From contig QQUK01000150.1 in assembly GCA_008501655.1 (NCBI GenBank), positions 1 through 32,923 of the forward strand: a stretch of DNA of 32,923 nucleotides, in the 5' to 3' direction. Shown here one piece after another: positions 16,005-24,522 of this stretch. The stretch is from Calditrichota bacterium (GTDB lineage: Bacteria > Zixibacteria > MSB-5A5 > GN15 > FEB-12). The notes beneath the pieces were generated by a model. The model did not search any database. It was not told the DNA's origin and saw nothing but the letters and a program-made list of their open reading frames with translations. The position numbers and the translations under genes are program-made. Within the stretch, counting starts at the first letter, position 1, and the number at the start of each line of letters is the position of its first letter.

Positions 16005-18561
16005 TCGAATAATCGAACTTTCGATTAAAAACCGATGGCTGGTTCTCTGGATGACCATAGCAATTCTTGCCCTCGGATTTTGGGCGATTGATAATATTGC
16101 TATTGATGCCATACCGGATTTATCGGATGTTCAGGTAATTATACAAACCGATTATAACGGGCAACCTCCGCAAGTTGTTGAAGATCAGGTTACTTTTCCA
16201 ATCTCTACAGCAATGCTGTCAGTTCCCGGAGCAAAAAATGTTCGCGGCTTCTCATATTTCGGAACATCATTTGTATATATAATTTTTGAAGACGGCACCG
16301 ATATTTACTGGGCACGAAGCCGTGTACTCGAATACCTTTCGCAACTGACCGATAATTTACCGGCTACCGCCAAACCAAAACTTGGTCCTGATGCAACCGG
16401 TGTCGGCTGGGTTTACCAATATATTTTAACTGATACAACCAATCAACTGGATTTAGCTGAATTGCGTTCCTTGCAGGACTGGTTTTTAAAATATGAACTT
16501 TCAGCTCTTGCAGGAGTATCTGAAGTCGCTTCGGTTGGAGGGTTTGTCCGTCAATATCAGGTTGAAGTCGATCCCCGCAAACTGCAGCACTATAACATTC
16601 CATTAAAACATGTCCTGATGGCTGTAAAAAAATCCACTTCTGCAACCGGTGCAAAGCTGATTGAAATCGGTGAAACCGAGTTTATGGTGCGAAGTCAGGC
16701 ATATATCGGTGATTTAGATGATCTCAGGAATCTTCCGATACACAAATCGAAAGATGCCCCGCCAGTTTTACTTTCCTCGGTTGCTGATGTTCACTTAGGT
16801 CCCGACATTCGCCGCGGTATTGCTGAAAATAACGGCGAAGGTGAAACCGTTGGTGGCATCATTGTGATGCGTTATGGCGAAAATGCACGAGAAGTTATCA
16901 AAAAAGTTAAAGAACGAATTGATGAACTTCAGAACAATTTACCCGAAGGGGTTCAGATTCATCCGGTCTACGATCGTACTGATTTGATAAATCGTGCAAC
17001 AGAAAATCTTACGGTAACCTTAATTAAAGAGATGATTTTTGTTGTTCTGATTATCCTGCTGTTTCTTCTCCATGTACGGTCTACTTTGGTTGCGATGATA
17101 GTAATACCAGCCGGGGTCGCATTATCAATCTTGATTATGTATTTGTTAGGTATCAATGCAAACATCATGTCTTTAGGAGGAATCGCCATCGCTATCGGTG
17201 TAATGGTCGATGCTTCGCTTGTCACCGTGGAAAATGCACATAAACATCTGGAGCGATTAAAAGAAGGTGAATCAAGAAATACAGCAATCCTTGAAGCAAC
17301 CAAAGAAGTTGGTCCGGCTCTCTTTTTCTCATTACTGATAATTACCGTTTCATTCCTTCCGGTTCTGGCGCTTGAAGGACAAGCTGGTAGGCTGTTCAAA
17401 CCGCTTGCCTATACAAAAACATTTGCAATGGCAGCTTCAGCACTCCTTTCGATTACCATTGTACCGGCTCTGGTCGTTTTGGTATTAAAAGGTAAAATCA
17501 GGTCAGAGAAAAAGCATCCGGTCTCAAATTTTTTAATTTTACTCTATCGTCCACTCATTAATATTGCCTTAAAATTCAGATGGCTGGTAGTAATCGCGGC
17601 ATTTATCTTATTAGTTATATCAATCATCCCGATATCAAAAATCGGTTCTGAATTTATGCCCCCACTCTATGAAGGTGATCTGCTATATATGCCGACGACC
17701 CTCCCCGGTATGTCGGTTGAAAAGGCTCGGGAACTTCTGCAACAAACTGATCGGATTATTAAAACATTTCCCGAAGTCGAAAATGTATTCGGGAAAGCCG
17801 GTCGCGCTGAAACAGCAACTGATCCAGCTCCATTGACGATGCTTGAAACGACGATAATGCTCAAACCGAAAGAGGAATGGCGTCCGGGACTGACACCGGA
17901 TATGCTCATTGATTCACTTGATGCTGCTGTACAGTTCCCCGGTTTGACAAATTCCTGGACGATGCCAATTCGTACCCGTATTGACATGCTTGCTACCGGA
18001 ATCAAGACTCCAGTTGGAATTAAAATTCTTGGACCGAATCTTGATAGTTTGAATAACATCGCCCAAAGAATCGAAACAGAAGTCAAAACAATGTCCAATA
18101 TTCGCTCTGTTTATGGTGAACGGATTACCGGCGGTAATTATCTTGATATTGATATCGACCGTTTCAAGGCTGCCGCTTATGGGTTGACTCCCGGCGATAT
18201 CAATGAAGCTCTCATGGCTGCCGTTGGCGGAATGAAAGTCATCGACAACATAGAAGGTCGGGAACGGATATCTGTGTTGGTTCGCTATCCAAGAGAACTG
18301 CGAGATAATCCTGAAGAGATTGCCCGTATCATCATTCCCGCACCGGATGGACGCAATGTTCCCTTAGGACAGATTGCTTCTATCGGATTCACAAAAGGTG
18401 CCGCGATGATTAAATCAGAAAATGCCCGCCCGACAGCCTGGGTTTTTATTGATTTGAAAGATATCGATGTTGGAACTTTTGTAGAAAATGCTCAGGAGCA
18501 GGTCGTCAATAATATCAGTTTACCACAGGGATATTCATTAGTTTGGTCGGGGACAGTATGA
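15997..18561 (+). CDS. cusA: CusA/CzcA-family heavy-metal RND pump, N-terminal fragment (frameshifted; fragment 1 of 2)
   Basis: MIDRIIELSIKNRWLVL... is the canonical CusA/CzcA N-terminus. The ATG at 15997 overlaps the adaptor stop (ATGATTGA). The frame ends ...LPQGYSLVWSGTV* at 18561. Confidence 0.85.
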   Translation: MIDRIIELSIKNRWLVLWMTIAILALGFWAIDNIAIDAIPDLSDVQVIIQTDYNGQPPQVVEDQVTFPISTAMLSVPGAKNVRGFSYFGTSFVYIIFEDGTDIYWARSRVLEYLSQLTDNLPATAKPKLGPDATGVGWVYQYILTDTTNQLDLAELRSLQDWFLKYELSALAGVSEVASVGGFVRQYQVEVDPRKLQHYNIPLKHVLMAVKKSTSATGAKLIEIGETEFMVRSQAYIGDLDDLRNLPIHKSKDAPPVLLSSVADVHLGPDIRRGIAENNGEGETVGGIIVMRYGENAREVIKKVKERIDELQNNLPEGVQIHPVYDRTDLINRATENLTVTLIKEMIFVVLIILLFLLHVRSTLVAMIVIPAGVALSILIMYLLGINANIMSLGGIAIAIGVMVDASLVTVENAHKHLERLKEGESRNTAILEATKEVGPALFFSLLIITVSFLPVLALEGQAGRLFKPLAYTKTFAMAASALLSITIVPALVVLVLKGKIRSEKKHPVSNFLILLYRPLINIALKFRWLVVIAAFILLVISIIPISKIGSEFMPPLYEGDLLYMPTTLPGMSVEKARELLQQTDRIIKTFPEVENVFGKAGRAETATDPAPLTMLETTIMLKPKEEWRPGLTPDMLIDSLDAAVQFPGLTNSWTMPIRTRIDMLATGIKTPVGIKILGPNLDSLNNIAQRIETEVKTMSNIRSVYGERITGGNYLDIDIDRFKAAAYGLTPGDINEALMAAVGGMKVIDNIEGRERISVLVRYPRELRDNPEEIARIIIPAPDGRNVPLGQIASIGFTKGAAMIKSENARPTAWVFIDLKDIDVGTFVENAQEQVVNNISLPQGYSLVWSGTV

Positions 18562-18565
18562 AAAT

Positions 18566-19108
18566 ATGCAGGCGGTAGCTACAAAAATGAAAGTCATAAT
18601 ACCGCTGGCATTGTTTGTTATCATAGCATTGCTCTATATCCATTTCAGAAGGATATCTGATACCTTGATTGTGATGCTGTCACTTCCATTTTCATTGGTT
18701 GGCGGTATATGGCTGATTTATCTGCTCGGGTACAACACATCGGTTGCGGTATATATCGGCTTTATTGCACTTGCCGGTTTAGCGGCAGAAACCGGAGTAG
18801 TGATGATTATGTATCTCAATTCAGCCAAAAAACAGAGGGAGATAAATAATCAGCTTCAATCGGATGCTGATTTAAAAGAAGCTATAATCGAAGGTGCCGT
18901 TGACAGAGTCCGGCCAAAAATAATGACTGTTGCTACGACAATTCTGGCATTGCTGCCGGTAATGCTTGGTCATGGAGTCGGTTCAGAAGTAATGCAGCGA
19001 ATCGCTGCACCGATGGTGGGTGGATTGATTACTTCGACATTCCTGACTCTGGTGATCGTTCCGTCACTTTATTACATAGTACATCGAAACAAAGATAAAA
19101 TTATCTAA
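18566..19108 (+). CDS. cusA: CusA/CzcA-family RND pump, C-terminal fragment (TM8-12 region; fragment 2 of 2)
   Basis: The +1 frame reads GQYENMQAVATKMKVIIPLAL..., continuing the conserved WSGQ(Y/F)E block. The fragments sum to about 1040 aa, the normal CusA size. Confidence 0.8.
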   Translation: MQAVATKMKVIIPLALFVIIALLYIHFRRISDTLIVMLSLPFSLVGGIWLIYLLGYNTSVAVYIGFIALAGLAAETGVVMIMYLNSAKKQREINNQLQSDADLKEAIIEGAVDRVRPKIMTVATTILALLPVMLGHGVGSEVMQRIAAPMVGGLITSTFLTLVIVPSLYYIVHRNKDKII

Positions 19109-19122
19109 TAGTAGTATTTAAC

Positions 19123-19153
19123 AAAGAGGCAGAGCTGAAAGCTCTGTCTCTTT
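19123..19153 (+). terminator. Strong hairpin after the RND operon; probable terminator with a weak U-tract
   Basis: AAAGAGGCAGAGCT / AGCTCTGTCTCTTT forms a 14-bp stem (one G-U pair) with a 3-nt loop, 15 nt after the cusA stop. Confidence 0.5.
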
Positions 19154-19306
19154 AAAAACCGATACTGTATTAGTATGACTAACGGTCCTATATATTTATC
19201 AATTAAACATTCAATTTTTCTTAATTTCTCAGTTATAAATTCAAATTGATTTCTTAAGTAGTATGCAGTATATATGTCTATGATATTAAAGAGATTAGGT
19301 TAATTG

Positions 19307-20653
19307 ATGAAAAATAGCAGTAACAAAAATCGTCTTGAATCAATTCTATCCTTATTTACTGAAGTGAAAGCAAAAGAGGGTACAAAAGCTCTCTTGATGT
19401 CATTAAACATCTTTTTGATTTTAACAGCTTACCTGATTGCCAAAGTTGTACGTGAACCTTTAATTCTCGATAGTCCCGGTGGTGCCGAAATAAAAAGTTA
19501 TGCTTCAGTTATTCAGGTCTTTTTACTAATCGGAGTTGTACAGATATTTGGATGGTTAGTTTCAAAATTGAGCAGCAGGAAACTCATAAACTCAGTAACT
19601 TTATTTTTTGTATCTTGTTTTGTTCTGTTTTATCTGTCACATCTCATTCTTGGCGGAATAAATGGAATCACTTATTTTCTCTGGGTCGGCATATTTTCTC
19701 TAATGATAATAGCGCAGTTCTGGTCCTTCGCAAATGATATCTATACCCCTGAAGAAGGAAAGCGGTTGTTTGTCCTTCTTGCTTTTGGTGCTTCCTTGGG
19801 CGGTGTGATAGGTCCGACTATTGCTTCAGCGATACTCAGTATATTTGGAATTTTTAATCTATTGTTAGTTTCTGCAGGAATACTGCTTATCTCACTCCTG
19901 TTGACAAATTTTATCATTACAAAATATGTTGATGATATAAGTAACAAGGGAAAAGAAAAAACGAAAACAGAGATAGAAAAAACCGGTGCACTTAAAGTTG
20001 TTTTTCGCAATAGATATTTATTGATGATCGCTCTTTTGATACTTGTCACTAATCTGGTAAATACAACCGGAGAATATATTCTTGGAAAAGGTGTTGAACA
20101 GGCAGCTCAGGACCTTACACCCCAACTATCAGCAGATCCTGATATTCAGAAAACATTTATTGGTAAATTTTATGCCGACTTTTATTCTATCGTCGGGTTT
20201 GTCGGATTGATTTTACAACTGGTCGTTGTTTCCAGGATATTAAAATATTTTGGCGTTCGTACGGCAATTATGACACTGCCGATTATTGCACTCGGGACAT
20301 ATCTGAGCATAGCTATTTTCCCGGTACTTGCTGTTATACGCTGGGGAAAAACAGCTGAAAATGCTACCGATTATTCACTAAATAATACAGTCCGGCACAT
20401 TCTCTTTTTACCAACAACAAAAGAAGAGAAATATAAAGGAAAAGTTGCCATCGACTCATTCTTTGTAAGAGCTGGTGATGTTCTTTCAGCCGGGTTAGTT
20501 TTTGCAGGTGTAAGTTGGTTTACTTTTCAGATTCAGCATTTTGCAATTGTTTGTCTCTGTCTGGTCATAATCTGGCTTTTTATCGCATTCTGGATTGGTA
20601 AAGAAAATAAAAGGTTGATAAAGGAAAAAGAACTCAGCATAGAGAATGTGTAG
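19307..20653 (+). CDS. TLC/AAA-family (ATP:ADP-antiporter-like, Npt-type) membrane transporter
   Basis: LNIFLILTAYLIAKVVREPLIL and FWSFANDIYTPEEGKRLFVLLAFGASLGGVIG resemble the F..FF.IL.NY..LR..KD and FW.FAN.I....EAKRFY.LFG.GAN blocks of TLC nucleotide transporters. The protein is multi-TM. I prefer the ATG at 19307 over the TTG at 19304. Confidence 0.7.
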   Translation: MKNSSNKNRLESILSLFTEVKAKEGTKALLMSLNIFLILTAYLIAKVVREPLILDSPGGAEIKSYASVIQVFLLIGVVQIFGWLVSKLSSRKLINSVTLFFVSCFVLFYLSHLILGGINGITYFLWVGIFSLMIIAQFWSFANDIYTPEEGKRLFVLLAFGASLGGVIGPTIASAILSIFGIFNLLLVSAGILLISLLLTNFIITKYVDDISNKGKEKTKTEIEKTGALKVVFRNRYLLMIALLILVTNLVNTTGEYILGKGVEQAAQDLTPQLSADPDIQKTFIGKFYADFYSIVGFVGLILQLVVVSRILKYFGVRTAIMTLPIIALGTYLSIAIFPVLAVIRWGKTAENATDYSLNNTVRHILFLPTTKEEKYKGKVAIDSFFVRAGDVLSAGLVFAGVSWFTFQIQHFAIVCLCLVIIWLFIAFWIGKENKRLIKEKELSIENV

Positions 20654-20658
20654 ATTCT

Positions 20659-21948
20659 ATGAGAATTCAATTATCCAAATATATATTCATCTCCTGCTTG
20701 ATTGCTTTTACATCAATAGTTAGTCATGCGACTGTTATTGACACCACTAAAGTACGGATAACAAAAAAAGTAAAAAAAACGACTGCCGAGATAATCGGAG
20801 ATATTCCCGGTGAAATACTCAAACTCCCCTTTTATATCTTAGACTTTTCCATCGAACAAATTACATTTCATACCCCGATGAAAAATGTACTGTCCTGGAT
20901 TGGAACACCCCGCCCGGCTGCATTTTATACGCCGGTTGCCGGATACAACTCTTCTGCCGGATTCAAATATGGTATCAGTTTTAAATTTCAGGATGTTTAT
21001 TCAAAAAATGATTATTTTAAAACAAAAATTTATTATTCAACAAATAAATACCAGTCATATCAAATCAAAACAAGATCCAAGGATTTTTTTACCAAAGATT
21101 TTGGTTTTGATTTTTACTTCAGATATAAAAAACGCCCCAGAGAAGATTTCTTTGGAGTATCAAACCAAAGCGTTGCTCACATGAGCGCAAATTATAATTT
21201 GGAGAATACAGAAGTAAAAACTCAGTTACTGTATAATGCTTATGAACAGGCAGACTTCTCATTTATTCTTGGGTATCTGAGTACAAATTTATATAACGGA
21301 GAAAATCCCGATTTACCCGGTGATCTCGATTCGATAACTTCAAATACTGATTATCATTTAGCGGATGGGAATCTTGATGATTCCCGTTTTATTACATACG
21401 GTATGGAAATTGAATATGATCTTCGAAACAACAAAGGGCAGCCTTCAAGCGGGACTCATCTGATTTCTCAGCTGATACGTTACCGTGGTGTTGGTCTTTC
21501 CGATGATTTAAGATTTTCTAAATATTCAATTGATGTCCGGCAGTATCTGCATCTATGGAAAAATAGGATCATTGCTCTCCGTGCCGTAGTTAATCGATTA
21601 AATGCATATAAGAACAACACAAAAGCAACACCGATATATATCTTAAGTTCGCTTGGAGGTAAAGATTACCTTCGGGGATATTCCAGCGGTCGTTTTGTTG
21701 ATAATGATTTTGCCCTCTTTTCTGTTGAATATAGATATCCGATACATGATTTTCTTGATCTTTTCCTCTTTCATGACCAGGCAAGAGTCTATGGAAATCT
21801 GACCGATGAGGAATTCTTCACTAACTGGAAAAGTTCATTTGGCGGTGGTATGCGAATCTGGAAAAGTGATGAAGTCAAAGCTGTCTTTCAGATTGGCAAA
21901 AGCAATGAGGCAACAAAATTGTATTTAGAAATGGAAGCTGTCTGGTAA
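20659..21948 (+). CDS. Omp85/BamA-TamA-family outer-membrane beta-barrel with no obvious POTRA array
   Basis: Signal peptide, GGKDYLRGYSSGRFVDNDFALFSVEYRYP (bacterial surface antigen motif), alternating beta-strand pattern and a C-terminal ...YLEMEAVW aromatic terminus. Confidence 0.75.
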   Translation: MRIQLSKYIFISCLIAFTSIVSHATVIDTTKVRITKKVKKTTAEIIGDIPGEILKLPFYILDFSIEQITFHTPMKNVLSWIGTPRPAAFYTPVAGYNSSAGFKYGISFKFQDVYSKNDYFKTKIYYSTNKYQSYQIKTRSKDFFTKDFGFDFYFRYKKRPREDFFGVSNQSVAHMSANYNLENTEVKTQLLYNAYEQADFSFILGYLSTNLYNGENPDLPGDLDSITSNTDYHLADGNLDDSRFITYGMEIEYDLRNNKGQPSSGTHLISQLIRYRGVGLSDDLRFSKYSIDVRQYLHLWKNRIIALRAVVNRLNAYKNNTKATPIYILSSLGGKDYLRGYSSGRFVDNDFALFSVEYRYPIHDFLDLFLFHDQARVYGNLTDEEFFTNWKSSFGGGMRIWKSDEVKAVFQIGKSNEATKLYLEMEAVW

Positions 21949-21949
21949 G

Positions 21950-23611
21950 ATGAAACGGTTGATTCTACTGTTATTTATAATGGTTATTGCGCTTCAGTTA
22001 TCCTGTGCTCATAATCCACATATCAATCCGGAAGGTCCTTTTTGGAAAGATGATGACACCAAAGCAATTCCTGAACCGGAATATGATGAACCCTCACTTA
22101 TCTGGCTGTCTTTTCAACGAACTACCACCGATCAGCTTTTTGAACTACTTGATATTGATAGAAATATCCGAAAAATTTCCGGAAAACCAACGCAGGCGAA
22201 AAACAGTAATTGCTACGATGAGGTTCCGAACTCCAGCTGGTTTACCAACAGGCATGGGCATCCTGACACAAGATTATCACCGGAAGAGATAAAACAAGGC
22301 TTACAGAGAACTAAAGGTCCCGATACATCAGGTGTATGGAAAGTTTTCCGCCCTAAAGTCGGAGGAGCTACTCCCGGATTCTGGATTGAAGATATCCATG
22401 GTGACCAGTATATCATTAAATTTGATCCTTTATTCAATGCCGAGATGGCTACTGCTGCCGCTGCTATCGGTTCCAGATATTTTTACGCATGCGGTTATAA
22501 TACACCACAGGAGACAATCGTCTTCTGGAATCCGGATAAGCTTGAGATTAAAAAAGGTGCTACCATTAAAGGTAAAAACGGTAAACGCCCCCTTACAATG
22601 ACTGATATAGATAGTATTCTTTCTATGGTAAACCATGAACCCGATGGTTCGATTCGTTCTTTGGCATCTTTAAATATCGGAAATGTTAAAGGTCCTTTTA
22701 TGTATAAAGGAACCAAGGACGATGACCCTAATGATTGGTGCCCTCATGAACATCGGAGAGAACTTCGGGGACTGTATGTTATTGGCTCATTAGTAAATCA
22801 TTATGATTTAAAGGACCATAACTCAATGGATGTGTATGTAGGGGAACCAGGACAAGGTTACTTAAAACATTATTTAATGGATTTTGGTTCTATACTCGGT
22901 TCTGACGGCAAAGGAGATAAACATCCCCGCAAAGGTTATGCAAACATGTTTGATTTACGGGACATTTTAGTGACCTCTTTTACTCTCGGTCTGAAATCAT
23001 GGGCGTGGCAGAATTCCCTTGGTCCCCGCTACTCTTCGATTGGTTATTTTGAATCTGATATTTTTGAACCGAATAAGTTTGACCCGATTATCCCCAATCC
23101 GGCATTTGAACAGATGACCTATCAGGATGCATATTGGGGTGCTAAAATTGTAATGTCATTTACAGAAGAGGATTTGATTGCTTTAATCGATGCCGGACAA
23201 TATAGTAATCCTGAAGCCAAAGCATACCTTTTAAAAACACTAAAAGAACGCCAAAGAAAAATAGGTAATTACTGGTTTGATAAAATCAATCCGCTTGATT
23301 TTCCGGAACTCTCTCAAAGCAGTGAAACTATCAATATTAAATTTCATGATTTAGCTGTTGAGTATGGACTTGAAGATGACAATGCTGTTTATTATTATAA
23401 ATTATTAAATGAGAATAATTCAATTATCCACGAAGCAACCGTATCAAAAACAGAAATAGTCTTAAATGTTGACCAATTTGATAGTGGTATAAGAGAACTG
23501 CAAATTTTTACGGAGCGAAAAGGAAAAGATATTTCAAAGCCTGTTATTTTCTATCTCATGAAACAGTATAAGAATAATGTTAAAATCATCGGCATCGAGC
23601 ATCCGGGATAA
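21950..23611 (+). CDS. Exported (lipo)protein of unknown function with protein/lipid-kinase-like catalytic motifs
   Basis: Signal peptide MKRLILLLFIMVIALQLSC (Cys19, relaxed lipobox). Motifs: GDQYIIKFDP (K157), NAEMATAAA (E165), VNHYDLKDHNSM (D286, K288, N291) and HYLMDFGSILGS (D311-F-G). Confidence 0.7.
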   Translation: MKRLILLLFIMVIALQLSCAHNPHINPEGPFWKDDDTKAIPEPEYDEPSLIWLSFQRTTTDQLFELLDIDRNIRKISGKPTQAKNSNCYDEVPNSSWFTNRHGHPDTRLSPEEIKQGLQRTKGPDTSGVWKVFRPKVGGATPGFWIEDIHGDQYIIKFDPLFNAEMATAAAAIGSRYFYACGYNTPQETIVFWNPDKLEIKKGATIKGKNGKRPLTMTDIDSILSMVNHEPDGSIRSLASLNIGNVKGPFMYKGTKDDDPNDWCPHEHRRELRGLYVIGSLVNHYDLKDHNSMDVYVGEPGQGYLKHYLMDFGSILGSDGKGDKHPRKGYANMFDLRDILVTSFTLGLKSWAWQNSLGPRYSSIGYFESDIFEPNKFDPIIPNPAFEQMTYQDAYWGAKIVMSFTEEDLIALIDAGQYSNPEAKAYLLKTLKERQRKIGNYWFDKINPLDFPELSQSSETINIKFHDLAVEYGLEDDNAVYYYKLLNENNSIIHEATVSKTEIVLNVDQFDSGIRELQIFTERKGKDISKPVIFYLMKQYKNNVKIIGIEHPG

Positions 23612-23615
23612 AAAT

Positions 23616-24452
23616 ATGAAAAACTTATTGAAATGCATTATTGTTCTCGCAATTGTCATGCTTTGGTTTAATGACTCCCCAAAGGCTGACAGCTTTTTAT
23701 CAGCTGGTGATGTTGCCGGTATTTCCGTTGGTACTGCTACCCTGTCGTTTTCAGGATATTACCTCAGAAGATATGACACTACCCGTACAGCTAAAATAAG
23801 TACAACACTTCCCATGGACAATGCTATGATGAAACTTATTGGAGGTTCATTTTATCCGGGTAAAACAAATTTTTTAGATAATCATTTCGGATCAGCTGTT
23901 ACTCCGGTTTCCGGTGCAGTTATTCTTACTATAGCAAACTTATCACATATAAATCATCAAAAAAGTAAATTCTATTTTCAGGACTTGTTTTTGTATACAT
24001 CGGGGATTATTGCAACGAAAGGTGTTACCGATTTAACCAAAGGATTTTTCACTCGTCCGAGACCGTACATTGCATCTGTGCCTATGGAAATGCGGACTTC
24101 AAAAGATTTCATAACAGACCGGTCATCATTCTTTTCAGGGCATACATCGGGTGCATTTTTTGCAGTCTCCTATCTAAATATGCGCATCAGGTCAATCATG
24201 CGCTCGGAAATGTCTTCGCAGGGTTATCGGGATTATCGCTGGATATCTCCAACGTTGTTATACAGCTGGGCAACATTTGTCGGAATGAGCCGTATTCATG
24301 CATACAAACATTATTTTTCCGATATTTTGTTTGGAGCAGCAGCCGGATACCTTATGGCTGAACTATTTTATTCCTTTGGTAAATCAGAAGAGTTAAATAT
24401 GGGAAACAGCGAAGTTTCTCAAATGATAATCCAGCTTAACTTTTCATTTTGA
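23616..24452 (+). CDS. PAP2-superfamily membrane phosphatase (lipid-phosphate phosphatase-like)
   Basis: KGFFTRPRP (KxxxxxxRP), SFFSGHTS (SGH) and SRIHAYKHYFSD (SRxxxxxHxxxD), with a signal/TM segment. The ATG at 23616 lies 4 nt after the upstream stop, and I prefer it over 23577. Confidence 0.85.
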   Translation: MKNLLKCIIVLAIVMLWFNDSPKADSFLSAGDVAGISVGTATLSFSGYYLRRYDTTRTAKISTTLPMDNAMMKLIGGSFYPGKTNFLDNHFGSAVTPVSGAVILTIANLSHINHQKSKFYFQDLFLYTSGIIATKGVTDLTKGFFTRPRPYIASVPMEMRTSKDFITDRSSFFSGHTSGAFFAVSYLNMRIRSIMRSEMSSQGYRDYRWISPTLLYSWATFVGMSRIHAYKHYFSDILFGAAAGYLMAELFYSFGKSEELNMGNSEVSQMIIQLNFSF

Positions 24453-24522
24453 TAGCAACATGAATAGCCTATATTGTATTGATGATAAACAAATTTCGTT
24501 CTTGTTAACGGATTAGATAATA

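Noticed and set aside
16364-18098. Minus-strand ORFs of 96, 143 and 143 aa inside cusA
   Set aside because: They are antisense shadows of a long membrane-protein gene. They have no starts with an RBS and no recognisable domains.
18544-18570. Programmed +1 ribosomal frameshift in cusA
   Set aside because: I see no known shifty motif (for example a prfB-like CUU UGA C with an upstream SD) and no precedent for this family. A G-run indel, either a mutation or a sequencing error, is the simpler explanation.
21987-22716. Five overlapping ORFs of 68-101 aa (both strands) inside the kinase-motif lipoprotein gene
   Set aside because: They are mutually overlapping and lie within a continuous 553-aa frame that has a signal peptide and is tightly coupled to its neighbours. 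They are most likely spurious.
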